DNA of 63,231 nt, counting the filler, from Hyphochytrium catenoides (taxonomy: Eukaryota; Protista; Hyphochytriomycota): assembly GCA_900088475.1 (NCBI GenBank). It is 10 parts of 10 records of this genome, joined end to end, with 100 filler letters (N's around TTAATTAATTAA, not from the genome) between each part and the next. Parts side by side here need not be neighbours in the genome. Positions count along the whole stretch, not along the records: positions 48,812 to 51,240 come from FLMG01001844.1; positions 51,341 to 52,832 come from FLMG01003885.1; positions 52,933 to 59,534 come from FLMG01001181.1; positions 59,635 to 60,882 come from FLMG01000995.1; positions 60,983 to 62,073 come from FLMG01000318.1; 5 more parts are not named here. One strand, written 5' to 3'. The stretch's first letter is position 1. Every line of letters begins with the position of its first letter. Of the stretch, positions 48,812 through 62,073 are shown one piece after another. A program made the translations under genes and the position numbers. The notes beneath the pieces were generated by a model. It was given only the letters and a program-made list of their open reading frames with translations. It was not told the origin of the DNA and ran no database searches.

Positions 48812-49981
48812 GTACCGCAAATCATGACAATCTGGCTCACCATCGCCTGATGTTGAGCTACGGTGATGTCAGGTAGCAGGCTGAGATTGTTCTGCAGAGA
48901 CTCTGGAGAGCAAAAGCAATGGTCGTTAGTACTGCTAGGTAGTGGTGGGGACATGAAGACAGGTGAGTGGTGGGTTGTTGGGGTGGTGGATGGAGACATG
49001 CATCATCGAGGCACAGAGGAAGAAGGTCGACTGCATTTCAATTAGAAGCCACCGAAATGGACAGCCGTTAGGGAGACTGGGCCTTCCAGCAGGCGGCCTC
49101 AGTTCCCATCATCAGAAGAGAGTGAAGGGAGAAGGGAGCGAGAAAGCGCCAAGACGGAGGGACGACATCAATGTGCATTAGACTCCAGACCGCAGAGAAA
49201 GAGCTGATTGTTAAGGAGTGGAGTTCACAGTGCATCGATCAGTCACGGGAAAGGAGGTAGAGTGACAAAGAAAATAGAAGTTCTTAACGCTACCTATGGA
49301 GATCTTTAGGCCCTGCTCCCCTCCAAGGCAGCCCAAATTCGATGTGAATTGACGGCTGAAGGGTCTGACAAGGAGGCGGACCCAGCAGAGGAAGATCATG
49401 AAGACAGAGTGGAGCTGACTATAGAAGTTGTTCGCAGTGAAGAGAAGATGCTGCGTCTGCTCTGTCTCGCCATGTCCTTCCTCATCTGAAGAAGAAGAGA
49501 ACGGCACGAGCCAGCATCTGAGAGCCACTCCTAGCAAGACTAGCTGTAGAATGACACACAGGAGGTCTGTGCTTGTAGACCTGGATTTAACCACAAAGGT
49601 CTTAAGAGCAGCGACCCTCGCAGCTGCTTCTATTGCGAAGGCCACACCGCAGACCAACTCAAAGACTAAAAACCAGGGCAGAGATCGCTCTTCACTGTCC
49701 GTCGTAAGAAAGAATATGTTTCGAATGTATATCTCCATAGCCATCGTCACGAGCAAGCTGTTGACTATGTAGAACGGAAGGACATGATCCACAGCTCTCA
49801 CCAGACCCGGGGAAATCTGTCTTTGCTTCATCACCGTCAGCTCACTGTTATTTAACCCTGTCATCGTGCTCATTGCCTTGCTCATCCGTCTATCCTCCTT
49901 GCTAACGGTAGGAGGACGAACCAGCAGCTCACTAGATATCGTAGTCAGCCGTAGAACTGCCTGTTCCTGTTGGTCTGCCAT
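48812..49981 (-). CDS. Membrane protein with 4-TM voltage-sensor-like (Ion_trans S1-S4) domain, 3'-truncated
   Basis: Four hydrophobic segments: S2-like FELVCGVAFAIEAAAR, S3-like DLLCVILQLVL and S4-like WVRLLVRPFSR. Intron 49293-48903 joins KISI|ESLQNNLSLLPDITVAQHQAMVSQIVMICG, which runs into the gap. Confidence 0.7.
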
Positions 49982-52932
49982 GGTCTCCGCTGTAGACTGA
50001 TACGAGTTCTGGCCGTATTAACGCCCAGCACCAGGGTAGCAATAAAGACGGAGGAGGGCCCGACACTTCCTCTTATCTTGTCCCTCCTCTCTCTATGACG
50101 GTCGTTAGTAGAGAGATGTTATGGATTGGAGACAACCTCAAACTCGGGCAATAATAGGAAGAGAGGAAGCTCTACTGGAGTTCACCCGCGGCGACTGAAA
50201 TGGCTGATCGTGATGCATCGCAGCGGCAGGAGGATGGCCCACGAGTTCATCTTTTTTTTTGACTTCAATAACTCTGCGCGATCAGGTAGCCATCTACTTG
50301 TACCAAGAAAGAGATGATTGACAGTGAGACTGACACTTTGACTCTGATCTCTTTATATGTGCATTTCCTATTATGGTCATGAAAACTATGGGGGACCGTA
50401 GATAGCGAAGATATGGAGAATGCCGAGCCTGGAAAGAAGAGTCCACTGAAGAGCGAGATAATGAGGAAATCGAGAAAGAGAATGGGAGGAGAGAGAAGGG
50501 AGAGGAGGAAATGTGATAATAAGCGCACTACTACGGAGGCTGCTTTGCTCCAAGGATGGGCATCTTGGTGCTTCCGCTTCTTCTGCAGAATCGAGAGCAA
50601 GTAGAGAAGGGAGGAAGGAGAGAGGCAAGAAACAGAGAGAGCCAGCCGACCAGCAGAGAGCGAGGAGAAGGATAGTAAAATATCAAAACTCCTTCTTCGA
50701 TAGAAATAAAAGGAGAGGAGTCAAGCGAGTGATGGGCGGAGTGTACCACGGAGTTGCCTTTCCCTGTCATAAGGAAGATGCAGCACTTGGTAGTACCAAG
50801 AAACGTGGAGCGAAGGACCTAGCGAAATTATAACGAAGAGCTGCCTTGTCGAGGTACTAGCATCGAGAGAGAGAAAAGGAGAGAGAGAGAGAGCACGAGA
50901 GAGAGAAGTAATCAGAGCGGGTTACGCTGATTGATGGGGTGGCTGAGGGGGTTACAGCTGTTGCTCCTCAAGTTGCATCATCTTCTAGATCTTCTCTCTT
51001 TATAACTAAACGTGCTTTGCTGCCTTCTTTCGTTTCCCTTCAAAATTTTTTGGTCATCCCCTCTCTTTTTTTCATGCTGCTTTTCTCTCCGCTGCTTGGT
51101 GAGACCTCCTAAATTTCTCTCTGCCCTCTCTGTCGCCCTCACTCCCTCCGAAGTAATAGCTCTTCTTGTGTCTCTCCTCCCCTCCATCAGTGCTCCCATC
51201 TTCTCCTTCCTTTCATCACTATCCTATCTCTCTTCACTCTNNNNNNNNNNNNNNNNNNNNNNNNNNNNNNNNNNNNNNNNNNNNTTAATTAATTAANNNN
51301 NNNNNNNNNNNNNNNNNNNNNNNNNNNNNNNNNNNNNNNNAGAGAGAGAGAGAGAGAGAGAGATCTAGAAGAGTGAGAGAGGAAGACAAAGAGCGGTGTG
51401 TCTGTACTATAGAGAGAAACCTAGTCGACGTCGAATCAGCCGGAATAACCTATTTAAAGCTTTGTACATTTTCTCTACCCAAATATGAGCACTTTGAAGC
51501 GACGGAATAAGAGACCATAGCGCACACAGAGAGAGGACACAGTGCACAGATTGAGAGAAAGACAACAAGAGAGAGAGAAAGACAACGAGAGAGAGACACA
51601 CACACACGCACAGAGACCCAGGCAAATCACGGCGAGACGTTTGACATCATTGAATAGGGCAAAAGAAAAGAGGAGAGATGAAGACAGAGATGCAAGAGTG
51701 AAGAAGCCAAGATAGAGCTCGTGGTTACGGGCGGAAGAAGAGAATAGCTTCCAGTCATTCACAGCAGGAGGACAAGGAGACAATGGTATCAATCCGAAAG
51801 AGGCACCTAGAAGACCAACCTGACAGGGAAAGAAGGAGAGAACTTAAGGAGGGAGAACTGTTAATGTTCTGTGCGGGTCCAGGTTCAGGATTGAGAGGGC
51901 CGTGCTTGGCCTCTCCTTCCCTCTGTCTCTCTCTCTCTCTCTCTCTTCCTCTCTCTTCCTTTGATCTTAAGTCGGGAGAGGCGTAGGATAGAGCTCTGTC
52001 CTCCTTTCTCCCTCTCTCTCGTGACAGCTGGAGCATTGTGGCTGTTTAGATAGCATTCACAGGGTTCTCACCCAGGTCAGTCTTCTGGACTCTCTTCCTG
52101 GCGCGAGAGAGCTACCTCCGCATTCTTCTCCCAGCTTCTCACTTGCTCTTGTTGCCGTTCGGTGAGGAGCTGGAAGGCTAGAGTGACAACCTTAGCCGTT
52201 CGGGCATTGCGTCTGTCCCTGTTGCCACTCTTTCCCGACCTCTCCCGCTCTGCGTCTCTTGCTCCACTCTCTCTCTGACGTACTTCTCCCTTTTCGTGTC
52301 TCTCTCCTCCCAGATCTGGATCAACTTCCCTATGTAAGGCCTCTCTCTCTAGCATAAGCCTTTACTCTCTCCCTTCTTTGTTTCTCTAGCCACTGCGTCC
52401 GCTTGGTTCTCTTACCTTTGTGGCTTGGACTCTGAGGAGATAGAAAGGAAGCCAGGAAGCCCATTGCGCACGCAATGGTGGAAGAATGCATAGAGGACCG
52501 GCGAAAGTAACCTGCCTTACTTCCTGAAAGAGACGACATTGACGTCATGGAAGAGAGAACGAGAGAGAGAGAGAGAGAGGGAGAGAGAGATGTACCACAT
52601 AGAAGAGACACCGAAAGAGTGACTGTGAGAGAAGCCTAAAGTTCTAAGAGAACGATCTTCTTCATCGTAAAAACGAGCTGTCGAGTCCCTCTGATGGTGA
52701 CTAGCAAAGAGAGGGGAGGAGGAGAGAGCGAGAGAGAGAGAGGGAAAGCGAGAGAGACAAAGAGAAAGTCGAGAGAGACGGCGCAGCGAGAGCCTGAGTT
52801 AGAAAGGAGAGAGAGCCTGAGACCTTGCAAGGNNNNNNNNNNNNNNNNNNNNNNNNNNNNNNNNNNNNNNNNNNNNTTAATTAATTAANNNNNNNNNNNN
52901 NNNNNNNNNNNNNNNNNNNNNNNNNNNNNNNN

Positions 52933-54504
52933 AGTTCACCAAGGCTGTGATGGAGGAAGCATTGCGTATGGGATCACATCTTAAAACCGCCACTGTGCAG
53001 GATCTTGTGGTTGAGACTGTTCATAATTCAGCAGGGAGGTGAGCTTGTAGCGCTTCTGCAGTCCCGGGCGCAATCCCTGTAGCTATGGTTGTCTCGTCCC
53101 TATCTTCTTCCGGCTCCGCTTAGGTTATTCGTACTTTTCTTGTTATCCTTAGAAGTGAGGGCTTTGGCTCTCGCTTCTGACGCCTCTCCTCTGCCTCCTG
53201 AATTTGTTTAATCTTTTCGTATTATGGACCATTCTCTCCTTCATCAGGAGACTGCCGTCATCCTCCAAAAGTTCATCGGCATACTCAGTGTTTTATGACC
53301 TTCTTGTTGGCCTAGACCCCACAGGAAGGTGACTGGGGTTAAGCTGGCCGACGGAGAAGTTGTTCCAGCGAAAAGTGTCGTCATCGCAATGGGACCGTAA
53401 GTAAATGCCCCGCTTTTCATAGTCGATGTACTACCTGAACTGACCGACCTTTGCGGCCTCCATATGTCTCGCCGCGACATCCTCTCCGCCAACAATGTTT
53501 CTCTTCGTTGTCACGGTTTCCCCAGCTGGTCTTCCTTGTTCTCCAAAGCTTTCAACATTCCTCCCATATCTGGACAGAAGTACCACAGCATTATCATGGA
53601 AGCCTCAGTGAGTGGTGATGCGCTGTTCCTTGAGCACAAGATAGCAAGAGGGAAGATGACATCCCCCGAGGTCAGATCTTACTATAGTACACTACTCTCT
53701 GTTCCAGCCCTCCCTATTAGGTGTAGTTCCTTAGGATTCTCTTTCGTCTCACTGTCGCCCTTCGAATCATAAGGCCTGAGGCTGCTTTTGTTCATACTTA
53801 GCCTAAACTCTCGCTCTACTCTGGCGGGATACTCTCTCCCATCTTCAGATCTATCCTCGTCCAAATGGCCGAGTGTATATGTGTGGGGAAGAAGACGCTG
53901 TGACGCCCTTGCCAGAGGAGCCGGCAGACGTAAGACCGGTTCCTGCAGCTGGAACAGCGTTAAAGGCCATCGCTTCAAGCTTGTCTGACGAGCTTAAGAA
54001 TGCTAAAGTGTAAGGGATCTCTGTACCAGGGACTGTATGACTTCTCTGCATTCTGTCGGTCGCTCCGCCCATCACTGCTTCTACTTCTGTCTAACCACTC
54101 GCAAGCTCTAATCTCTCATTCTTGGTAGCTTTTCAAAGCAATCTAAGCTTTGCTCCTTGTATAGAATCGTTGAACAAGCCTGCTACCTTCCCATATCACC
54201 TGACGGCCTTCCAGTCATTGGGAAGGTGCCCAATACTGAGGGATTGTACGTGGCAACGGGACACAGGTTAGGCTTCTGTGTCTCCCTCATCGGCGTCGCC
54301 ATTTTCTCTTTCGGCTGCTCTATAGCCTCTATAAAGGTTTCGTTCCAATGCCCCACCTAACAAGCCTTCTCCCTTGTCGGTATCAGCTGCTGGGGCATCT
54401 TAAACGCCCCAGCAACAGGAGAAGCTATGGCTGAGCTGTTAACCGAGGGCAAGTCCAAGCTGGATCTATCTGCGTTTGATCCGAAACGCTTCGTTTCATC
54501 ATAG
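52933..54504 (+). CDS. FAD-dependent oxidoreductase, DAO family (yeast Tda3-like), 5'-truncated
   Basis: Spliced exons: VVIAMGP|WS, SPE|IYPRPNGRVYVCGE, QACYLPISPDGLPVIGKVP...LYVATGH|SCWGILNAPATGEAMAELLTEG...FDPKRF; stop at 54502-54504. Confidence 0.93.
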
Positions 54505-55597
54505 ATCAAACAATCTCTTGGCTTTTGACCCAATCTGAATCGTGTGACACTTGGCTGATCAGAGCGTAACAGATAAAAGACGCACAGCCTCCTTACAACT
54601 GGACATATAGATATATATAGTTCTCTGTGCACGTAGGTTCCCAGAGTGGACTGCTCTCAGTCACACATTAGGCAGATTCTCTATAAGAACCGGCACCTAA
54701 GGCAGTTGATGACGCCGGTCATCCATCCTTTGCCCTGAAGGGGAGCCTGGCCCACCGCCTACCGCTATCTATGCATTATAAGAAGTAATGCTGAACATGC
54801 CCATTAGATGCTGCAGAGACTTGACTGAATGAGGCAGCAGCTCCTGCGAGCAGCAGCCTCTCTCATCAGATAGCTGAAGAGCATCAGCCACTCTCCACAT
54901 AGCTGATGAACTGATGAAGCTCTGGCAGATCTCCGCCTGTCTCATCGCTTTCCTAGAGCTCACCATTTATGCTGATAATTTCACCGATGCTTTCAACTTC
55001 AATATTTCCTTGCTGTTATTTCATAGGCTTACCACTATTGAAAAAAGCTTAGATTAATACTGAAACATTTCCATCAGCGACTCAAGTGATGCAGGCACTC
55101 TGTCTCTCTCTCCTCGTGGCTGCGCGAAGATCAGGTGCACACGGCGATCAGAAGCATCAGCATCGATCAGCGCCGCCGAGCAGTGCTCCTTATAGGGGAT
55201 TAGTCAGGCATCGTAGGCATGAGCAGTAGCCTGCATTCTGGGTGAATACTCTGGCTGAGCCTCTGCTTCTCTACCTCGCCTTTTCCCGTGAATCTCTGCC
55301 AGACGCTAATAGGTAGTGGCCCGGTGCAGGTGCACTACTAGTTGGCTCAGCAGGCTATTGGGTCTATAGGCAGGAGCCGGTATGGTCTGGTGACAGAGCT
55401 GCATATGCGAAGGCCGCCAGACGAAGAAGAGTGAGAGGAATTGATGCCTTGCAGACAGCAGTTACAGCTGCACAGACTCGGCGTTCAATATAAACTGGGC
55501 TGATAAGCAGGCCTGCCATCTTCGGTTGGAAGGATCTCGCTTTGGCTGGAGGGCAGTCTCCCTAGGAGACCGTTCATCATCCACCAGCCGGTCAGCC

Positions 55598-56548
55598 ATG
55601 CTTTCTCGAGTGTTCCAACAAGCGCTTTCTAGCCAGATTCGGCGTAGTTCTGTCCCAACCCAGCTCAAGAGGGCTCTCCCCATCTCCATCCAGAACCTGC
55701 AGCCCCTTCTACGTGAACAGAACAACAATCATGGGCCATCGACGAAGCAGGGGCAAAGAAGAGGAGCCTTTTTCAGCGCCTTGAACCCTTTCGATACGTC
55801 TCTTCGCAAGCAGCACAATGTTAGAAAAACTATGGATATTCCTCCGGAGGATGTGTTTGAGGTGATTGCGCATTGTGAAAAGTATGGAGAGTTCCTACCT
55901 TTCTGCGTGGATTGCAAGATACGACGCCGCCTCTCTCCCAACGTGTTCGAGGCACAGATGACAGTGGGCTTTAGAATCTTCAGCGAAGCATATGTCTCAC
56001 GTGTGACCATCACTAGGTATTTCCATGGCCGCTTCGCAAGCGATATGTCTTTCACCTTCTCCGAAGTCCCTGGCCTTGTCAAAGTGCATGCCGTTGCGGG
56101 CCTGTGTTGCCCTTTCTCCTCCCTTATAGACCACCTGTTTCTGCTTTTACTATGGCTTACGACTGTCGTTACTTTCTTATCTCCGAGCTAGACCTCGGCG
56201 CGTTGAGATCCATGCTGTGGAGTCAGCGCATTTTAAGCGACTAGACAGGTAGAAACATGAGAGCAAAAGCGACTTGCCTCCTTGCCCTTTTGCCTCTTAA
56301 AGGTTGCTGCTTTGGGTTTGCACGTGTCCGGACTTGTATATCTTGCTGCCTCTATCTCTTTCTCCCTCTCTGGCGCACAGCTTACGCTTTGCGGCGTACG
56401 TGCTTCATTCGTGCTGGGCATCCATCCACCTCATTCCCGGATTCTCTGTTCGTCTCTAAATCTGTATCTTTCACCCTGCAGTGTATGGACTATACTGCCA
56501 GGAAAAACCCCGACGTCTTGTGTCATTGACTTTATGGTCGACTTTGAG
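55598..56548 (+). CDS. COQ10: Coenzyme Q-binding protein COQ10 (START/polyketide-cyclase domain) with mitochondrial-type presequence; 3' end in gap
   Basis: MLSRVFQQALSSQIRRSS... presequence; PPEDVFEVIAHCEKYGEFLPFC...AQMTVGFRIFSEAYVSRV, then exons HFKRLD|SVWTILPG...CVIDFMVDFE. The final helix was not seen. Confidence 0.85.
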
Positions 56549-56869
56549 GTAGGATGGGTATCTGATAACGTATCTATAGTCCCACGGGAGGATCGGTGCT
56601 TCTACCCAGCTTCTGCTCTGCTCTAGTGTCTCTTCTACCTCGTCATATCTTCTCCGTCGCTACCTTTTCTCTAAGCAATGCTCTATCTCACTCTGCTGAT
56701 CGTTGGCCACATGGTTACTCGTTTGTCTCTAACCTTGTCTGTCGTCTCCCGTTCCTGTTCGATCCCTGGGAACTACACNNNNNNNNNNNNNNNNNNNNNN
56801 NNNNNNNNNNNNNNNNNNNNNNNNNNNNNNNNNNNNNNNNNNNNNNNNNNNNNNNNNNNNNNNNNNNNN

Positions 56870-58044
56870 AAACCCGACTGAATGCCCGAGTGCAGGCCCC
56901 ACCACGGAAGGGAAGAAGGGCTCAAGAAGAGATATCTCAGGCGCCCTCCGTTACTTCTCCTCTGACCAGCAGTTCTTCAAACCTTCCGATGAAGAGAAGC
57001 GACGTCTTGCATCGACTCTCGGGAGAAGAAGTCAAGTATTTAACGGGTCTCTTCGAGAAGTATGCTCCAGACGGCCGAATGCATATGAAGCAGTTCTCTG
57101 CTGCTCTTCAAGATGTGAAGAACTACTTGTCAGAAATGGCCGAAGTAGCGGACGATGCAGGTAAGAAAGAGGGAGACTGTGGAAGAGAGAGTCGGTGTAT
57201 CTCTTGGCCATAGACTCCTTAGTGTATTACGAGAGAAAGACCAGACAGGCGAGTAGCTCAGTTAGGGTGTGGTGTCATTACCCTAGGCAAATGATGCTCT
57301 GTGTAAGAGAGTTGAGCAGTGGACCCGTTCTTGAGAGTTTCTGTCCTGGAGGCGTTAGCTCAGCTGCGGCAACGACACGTAGTGGTCGGAGAAGATACTG
57401 AGTGAGATGGAAGGGCAAAGCGTGTCTCCCTGCATGCTTCTAACTATATTTGTTGCCCCGCTCTCTTGTTAGCCCTTCAGATGGCTCTGTTCACAAGTTT
57501 CAGCTTCGACAGAGCCGAGGGGGAAGAAGACAGAGAGTGGATCAGCCTTGAAGAGTTCCTGACGGGTGCCTACCTTGTATCTAAAGCTTCAGTAGCAGAC
57601 ACAGCTGCACGTCTCTTCGCTGTCATTGATGCAAACGGTGATGGGACGATTGACCGGAACGAGCTAACCAGCGCTATGCAGCGCCGTATTAAGGTCGTAG
57701 AGCGGTTTATTCCCAAGCTTATCAAGCACAAGATGAAGGAAGCTTACTACGCATTGGAGAAGCAGGCAGAGGACAAGCAAGCCCTTGTGGAGCAGCTAAA
57801 CGAGTGTTCAGAGGCTATTCTTGCCTCTGTAGAAGGCTTGGTGGAGCAGGTACAGGCGGAGATCCCACTAGCAGTGGATCAAATCCTTAGCTCCACTAAG
57901 AACCAAGAAATCGGGGCGATTGACTTTGAGAGCTGGACACAGGCGTGGGAGAAGCATCCAGAGCTCATTGAACTGCTAACAATTAGCGGCATGGCCAAGG
58001 TGGCGCACTGGGCTTCGGCATTAACCTTTCCCCCCGACAAGTGA
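56870..58044 (+). CDS. EF-hand Ca2+-binding region (NCS/calcineurin-B-like layout); possibly the C-terminus of the COQ10 gene
   Basis: The open frame emerges from the gap; a phase-1 intron (gtaag ~57161 to tag ~57472) joins it to an exon with WISLEEFL, the canonical loop DANGDGTIDRNEL and IDFESW. Confidence 0.8.
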
Positions 58045-59634
58045 GCCACTGTTTCGCCTGAAAATAAATGCTAAAGACGCATAGACCCAGCAGATTGTCC
58101 CTCTCTCCCTCCCAGCGTCGGGGTTGCCGTCACTTGCATAACAGGATAAGCCTTGCTTAGACTGAGAGATTTGAGATGAGCCGACTGAGCGAAGCAACAA
58201 TGCGACTGGATCGTAGAGGAGGTGAAGATGAAGCTGGAGGTGATACATAGGAAAAAGATTGTTGGCGACAACAAAGTATCGCCCAGATGGAATACGAGGC
58301 TGTCCAGCAAGCGTCCTACGCAGTAGCAGCTGGAGCTAATGCAGTTATATCGTCTTGAAGGTCTCACATGCTCCCTTGTACCCAGGAGCTGCTGGAGCCG
58401 AAGCCGCAGATGAACTATAGGGAGAAGACGGACCGGATCGGGACAGTCTATTGCTCATATGGGATCACATTGTGCCTCACCTACAGCCCTCGATGACTCG
58501 CCATAGACAATTGCAATGCTGAAACTCTGAAGCTCAACATCCTCGTCTTCCACTTTTTAGAACTATACACGCTGATCTGGTCTAGAGTTTGTACTTTCCT
58601 TCCACCTGTGATAGTTTTGTCAATACTTTATAACTAAATAAAAATCAGGCTGAAACCTTGCATAGGCCCCTTATAATTTGGTATGCTCTATCGATTCACG
58701 AAGGCACTTCGTTCTGTTTTGGCTTCCTTCCAGGTGATCTCGAAAGCTTCATTGTCATTTATTACTGTAGAGTGTTTCTAGGCATTTTGAATTGGAACAG
58801 CAAATAGCAATATATTACGAATCAGTCGAAACCTCACTTGATTGTAAATGGGGACAAGCTACATCCAAGATATTAGAGAGTTGTTCTTATTATGGTCTGT
58901 GTATTGGAGCCGTTCGACATAACAACATAACACATAACACAGGGTCCGTGCTGTGGACGGAATATACAGCTTTTACACCAGATTAGCCTGTAGAAAAACT
59001 AGGACTTGAACCACCCATAGACCTTCAACATCCCTGGCGTTAGCGGCTACAAGTCACAGGTTCTGCATAGTAACGAAGATTTATCGGATTTTTGTTATCA
59101 CGAGCTTTGTAGAAGCGGAGCGTGATGCTTTGGGCTCAGCTGGGAGATGCATCAAAGACTTGTACAGCGTCTCTGCTTAGTATCCTGTTCCAGGCCTTGG
59201 AGAGTGGGCTCGTAGCATGACGCATAGTGCAGGCTCTGATCGTGAATTAGCCCCTGCACACGTGAATCCGTCATAGCTTTCCTCTTCTCGTAGTTGCCGG
59301 CGTGCCAAAGCTCTCGACGATAGAATGGGGCTGACGAGCCATTGGAAGATCTGCTTTGGCGGCAGCGATCACTGTCTGCATCTTACATCCGCTTCCTTCA
59401 TCTCCGCTTGTCTATATGTCCTGGCAGCATTTGTGGCTCTTGGGGTGTCTGTCAGGAGAGGGAAGATGAGAGAGCATGGACACGCTAATGCGCTTGCGAT
59501 AGCCCGTAAAGTCTCTTGGGTCCCCATTTTACTTNNNNNNNNNNNNNNNNNNNNNNNNNNNNNNNNNNNNNNNNNNNNTTAATTAATTAANNNNNNNNNN
59601 NNNNNNNNNNNNNNNNNNNNNNNNNNNNNNNNNN

Positions 59635-59770
59635 GAACTTGTTTTCTGACGCTGGCACTCCCACTCTCTCTACCGCCCCAATACCTAGGCGGCCATCCGC
59701 ACCGTGACCCCAAGTGTACACCTGGGCAGAGAGAAGGAGCAAGAGAGAGAGGAGAAAGAGAGAGAGAGAA

Positions 59771-59815
<45 letters not shown>

Positions 59816-60832
59816 CCGAATGAGGGAGATAAGTAGAGTGCCCAGAAAGCAAATAATATTAAAGAAAAGAGGCCTGCCTTGTGATCTAGAGATGGAACAA
59901 GGAGTTGACAGAGAGAAAGTGACAGGGAAGAGAGAGCGAAGGAGAGAAACTTTTACGTAAAAGAAGGCAGGAGAGAGAGAGCGAGAGAAGGGGCCAAAAT
60001 AGATGGGCTTGGGGCAGGGAGTGGAGGAAAAGAAAGACAGAGAGCGAGAGAGCAAAAAGAAAGGGAGAGCGAGGGAGACAGAGAGAGAGAGAGAGAGAAG
60101 AGGCAACCTTTCCCGAGGACGTGAGTGCTACGGAGTGGCTCTGACCCGCCTGGACCTGAGAGACTGCGCCGTGAGGCTGCAGCTGCTCCACCAGCGCCGC
60201 TGTCGGACGGTGACAGAAGTCAGCGTGACCTAGCTGGCCAGTGCTGCCTGCAGAAGAGAGAGAGAGAGATGAGGGGAGAGAGAGAGAGAGGGGAAAAAGA
60301 GGAAAAGAGAGAAAGAAACAAAGAGAGAGCGAGAGAGGAGAGAGAGAGAGAGAAAGAGAGAGAAAAGACAGACAGAGAACGGAGAAGATATAAGGGATAA
60401 AGGAGAGAGAGAGAAGGACAATATGAAGGGTTAGGACTCGTAGGGAATTTCAAGACTATAGAAGCAGAGGAGAGAAGAGAACCCAGCACTCCAGGAGCTC
60501 TGTTGGGCTAACAGAGTAGATGTGCCCTGAAGAGGGCGCCCTTAGTCCCCACAGGTCTTACTTCCTTCCATTCTCTCTCTCTCTCTCTCTCTGCCCTTAC
60601 CGAATCCCCAGGTAAAGCAGTCTCCTCCCTTAGACCTTGCTATGCCGTGGCTGGCGCCTACTGAGAGCTGGGCGACATCTTCTCCCTTGAGAGAAGAAAT
60701 AAAAACTGGAGAGAGAAAGAAAGGAGAGGCAGCCTGAGAGAGAGAGACAGGGATTCCCATCGGCGCCACCCCTCCTCCTCCCCAGGAGAAGACATCGTGA
60801 TCGTCCGTCACAGCGAACGAGACATCGGCTCC
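59635..60832 (-). CDS. RCC1-repeat protein, internal exons only
   Basis: VFSWGGG, VAQLSVGASHGIARSKGGDCFTWGF|GSTGQLGH, VSQVQAGQSHSVALTSSGK|VYTWGHGADGRLGIG; bounded by linkers on both sides. Confidence 0.92.
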
Positions 60833-60982
60833 CTAACGGAAGAGTCGCAAACGGAACATAAGAGAGAAAGAGCCAGAGAGAGNNNNNNNNNNNNNNNNNN
60901 NNNNNNNNNNNNNNNNNNNNNNNNNNTTAATTAATTAANNNNNNNNNNNNNNNNNNNNNNNNNNNNNNNNNNNNNNNNNNNN

Positions 60983-61337
60983 CTTCAACAAGAAGACTCT
61001 ATTTTCTCCATGGCTAATCACCTTGGCAACTCCTTATCACCCAATGAACCCCGAACGATAAAGGAGGCTCTTTCTGGACCGGATGCGTTGGAGTGGAACG
61101 CCGCTATCCTGAGTGAAATGGCATCTATGGAACAACACGACGCTTAGGAACTTGTTGAACGTCCTCCAGGAGCAAACGTCATTGGGTGTAAATGGGTGTT
61201 TCGCGTAAAATATGGAAGTGATGGCACCATCGATCGCTATAAGGCACGACTCGTTGCTCAAGGCTACAATCAGAAACCGGGGATCGATTACAACGAGGTC
61301 TTCGCTCCAGTGGTCAGCTATGAGTCCGTCCGATCGA
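60983..61337 (+). mobile_element. Ty1/Copia reverse transcriptase fragment (second family)
   Basis: NEPRTIKEAL...EWNAAILSEMASM...[21 protein letters not shown]...[27 protein letters not shown], with an in-frame stop. Confidence 0.93.
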
Positions 61338-62073
61338 TGTATTGATGAACTTTACAGAGCTGGGTGGCAATGCCTGAAGCTTCTGTATGAGCACAATCTA
61401 GATCAAACGATAACAAAGGGACTTGGTATTGATGTGTGATGGAGATTTCTCTGAATGATCACTCAGTTTTGAGAGCCTGGTCTGGACTCGAGATCTTTTG
61501 CTCGGCCCCAGCTTCCCTCATCATCTCTCTCCTCTGCTGCTCCTGTGTTCTTCTGGAAATTCTTCTCACATCCCTCTTTCCCATATCACAGGTGTACCCG
61601 TAACGTCTATGTTCCTGAGAGCTAGGTGTGAATAGAGAGTGACTACTGTACTACTGACAACGAACATTGTAGCACTCAACACTACCCCTCATACCTAGCT
61701 TCTCTGGATCATCAGTGGTGAGGATCGAATTAACTCACCTAATTGTCGGTCTCACTCACTCTCTCCCCCTCAGACGAAGCTAGGTGGGTAGTGGCAAGAG
61801 TACTGACACTAGGAGGGAGCACTCCAAGGTGAGGACGCAGTGTCCGAAAGAGAGGAGCAGGTAAAGGCTTGGTTAGGCAATCGGCTACCATAGCTGTAGA
61901 GGGAGTCTATGATGAAGTTTACAGAGATGGGTGGCAATGCCTGAAGCTTCTGTATGAGCACAATCTAGATGAAACAATAACAAAGGGACTTGGTATTGAA
62001 GTGTGATGGAGATTTCTCTGATGAATCACTCAGTCCTGAGAGCCTGGTCTGGACTCGAGATCTTTTGCTCGGC
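61338..62073 (+). mobile_element. Putative TRIM / small non-autonomous LTR element interrupting the Copia RT
   Basis: Direct repeats begin at 61338 and 61908, highly similar over ~165 bp until the gap. The first ends ...ATCACA at 61590, with a ~320-bp non-coding interior and a purine tract AGAGGGAG before the second repeat. Confidence 0.65.

Noticed and set aside
51341-52832. Fragmentary ORFs on a short contig
   Set aside because: Strand and frame are ambiguous and no domain was recognised.
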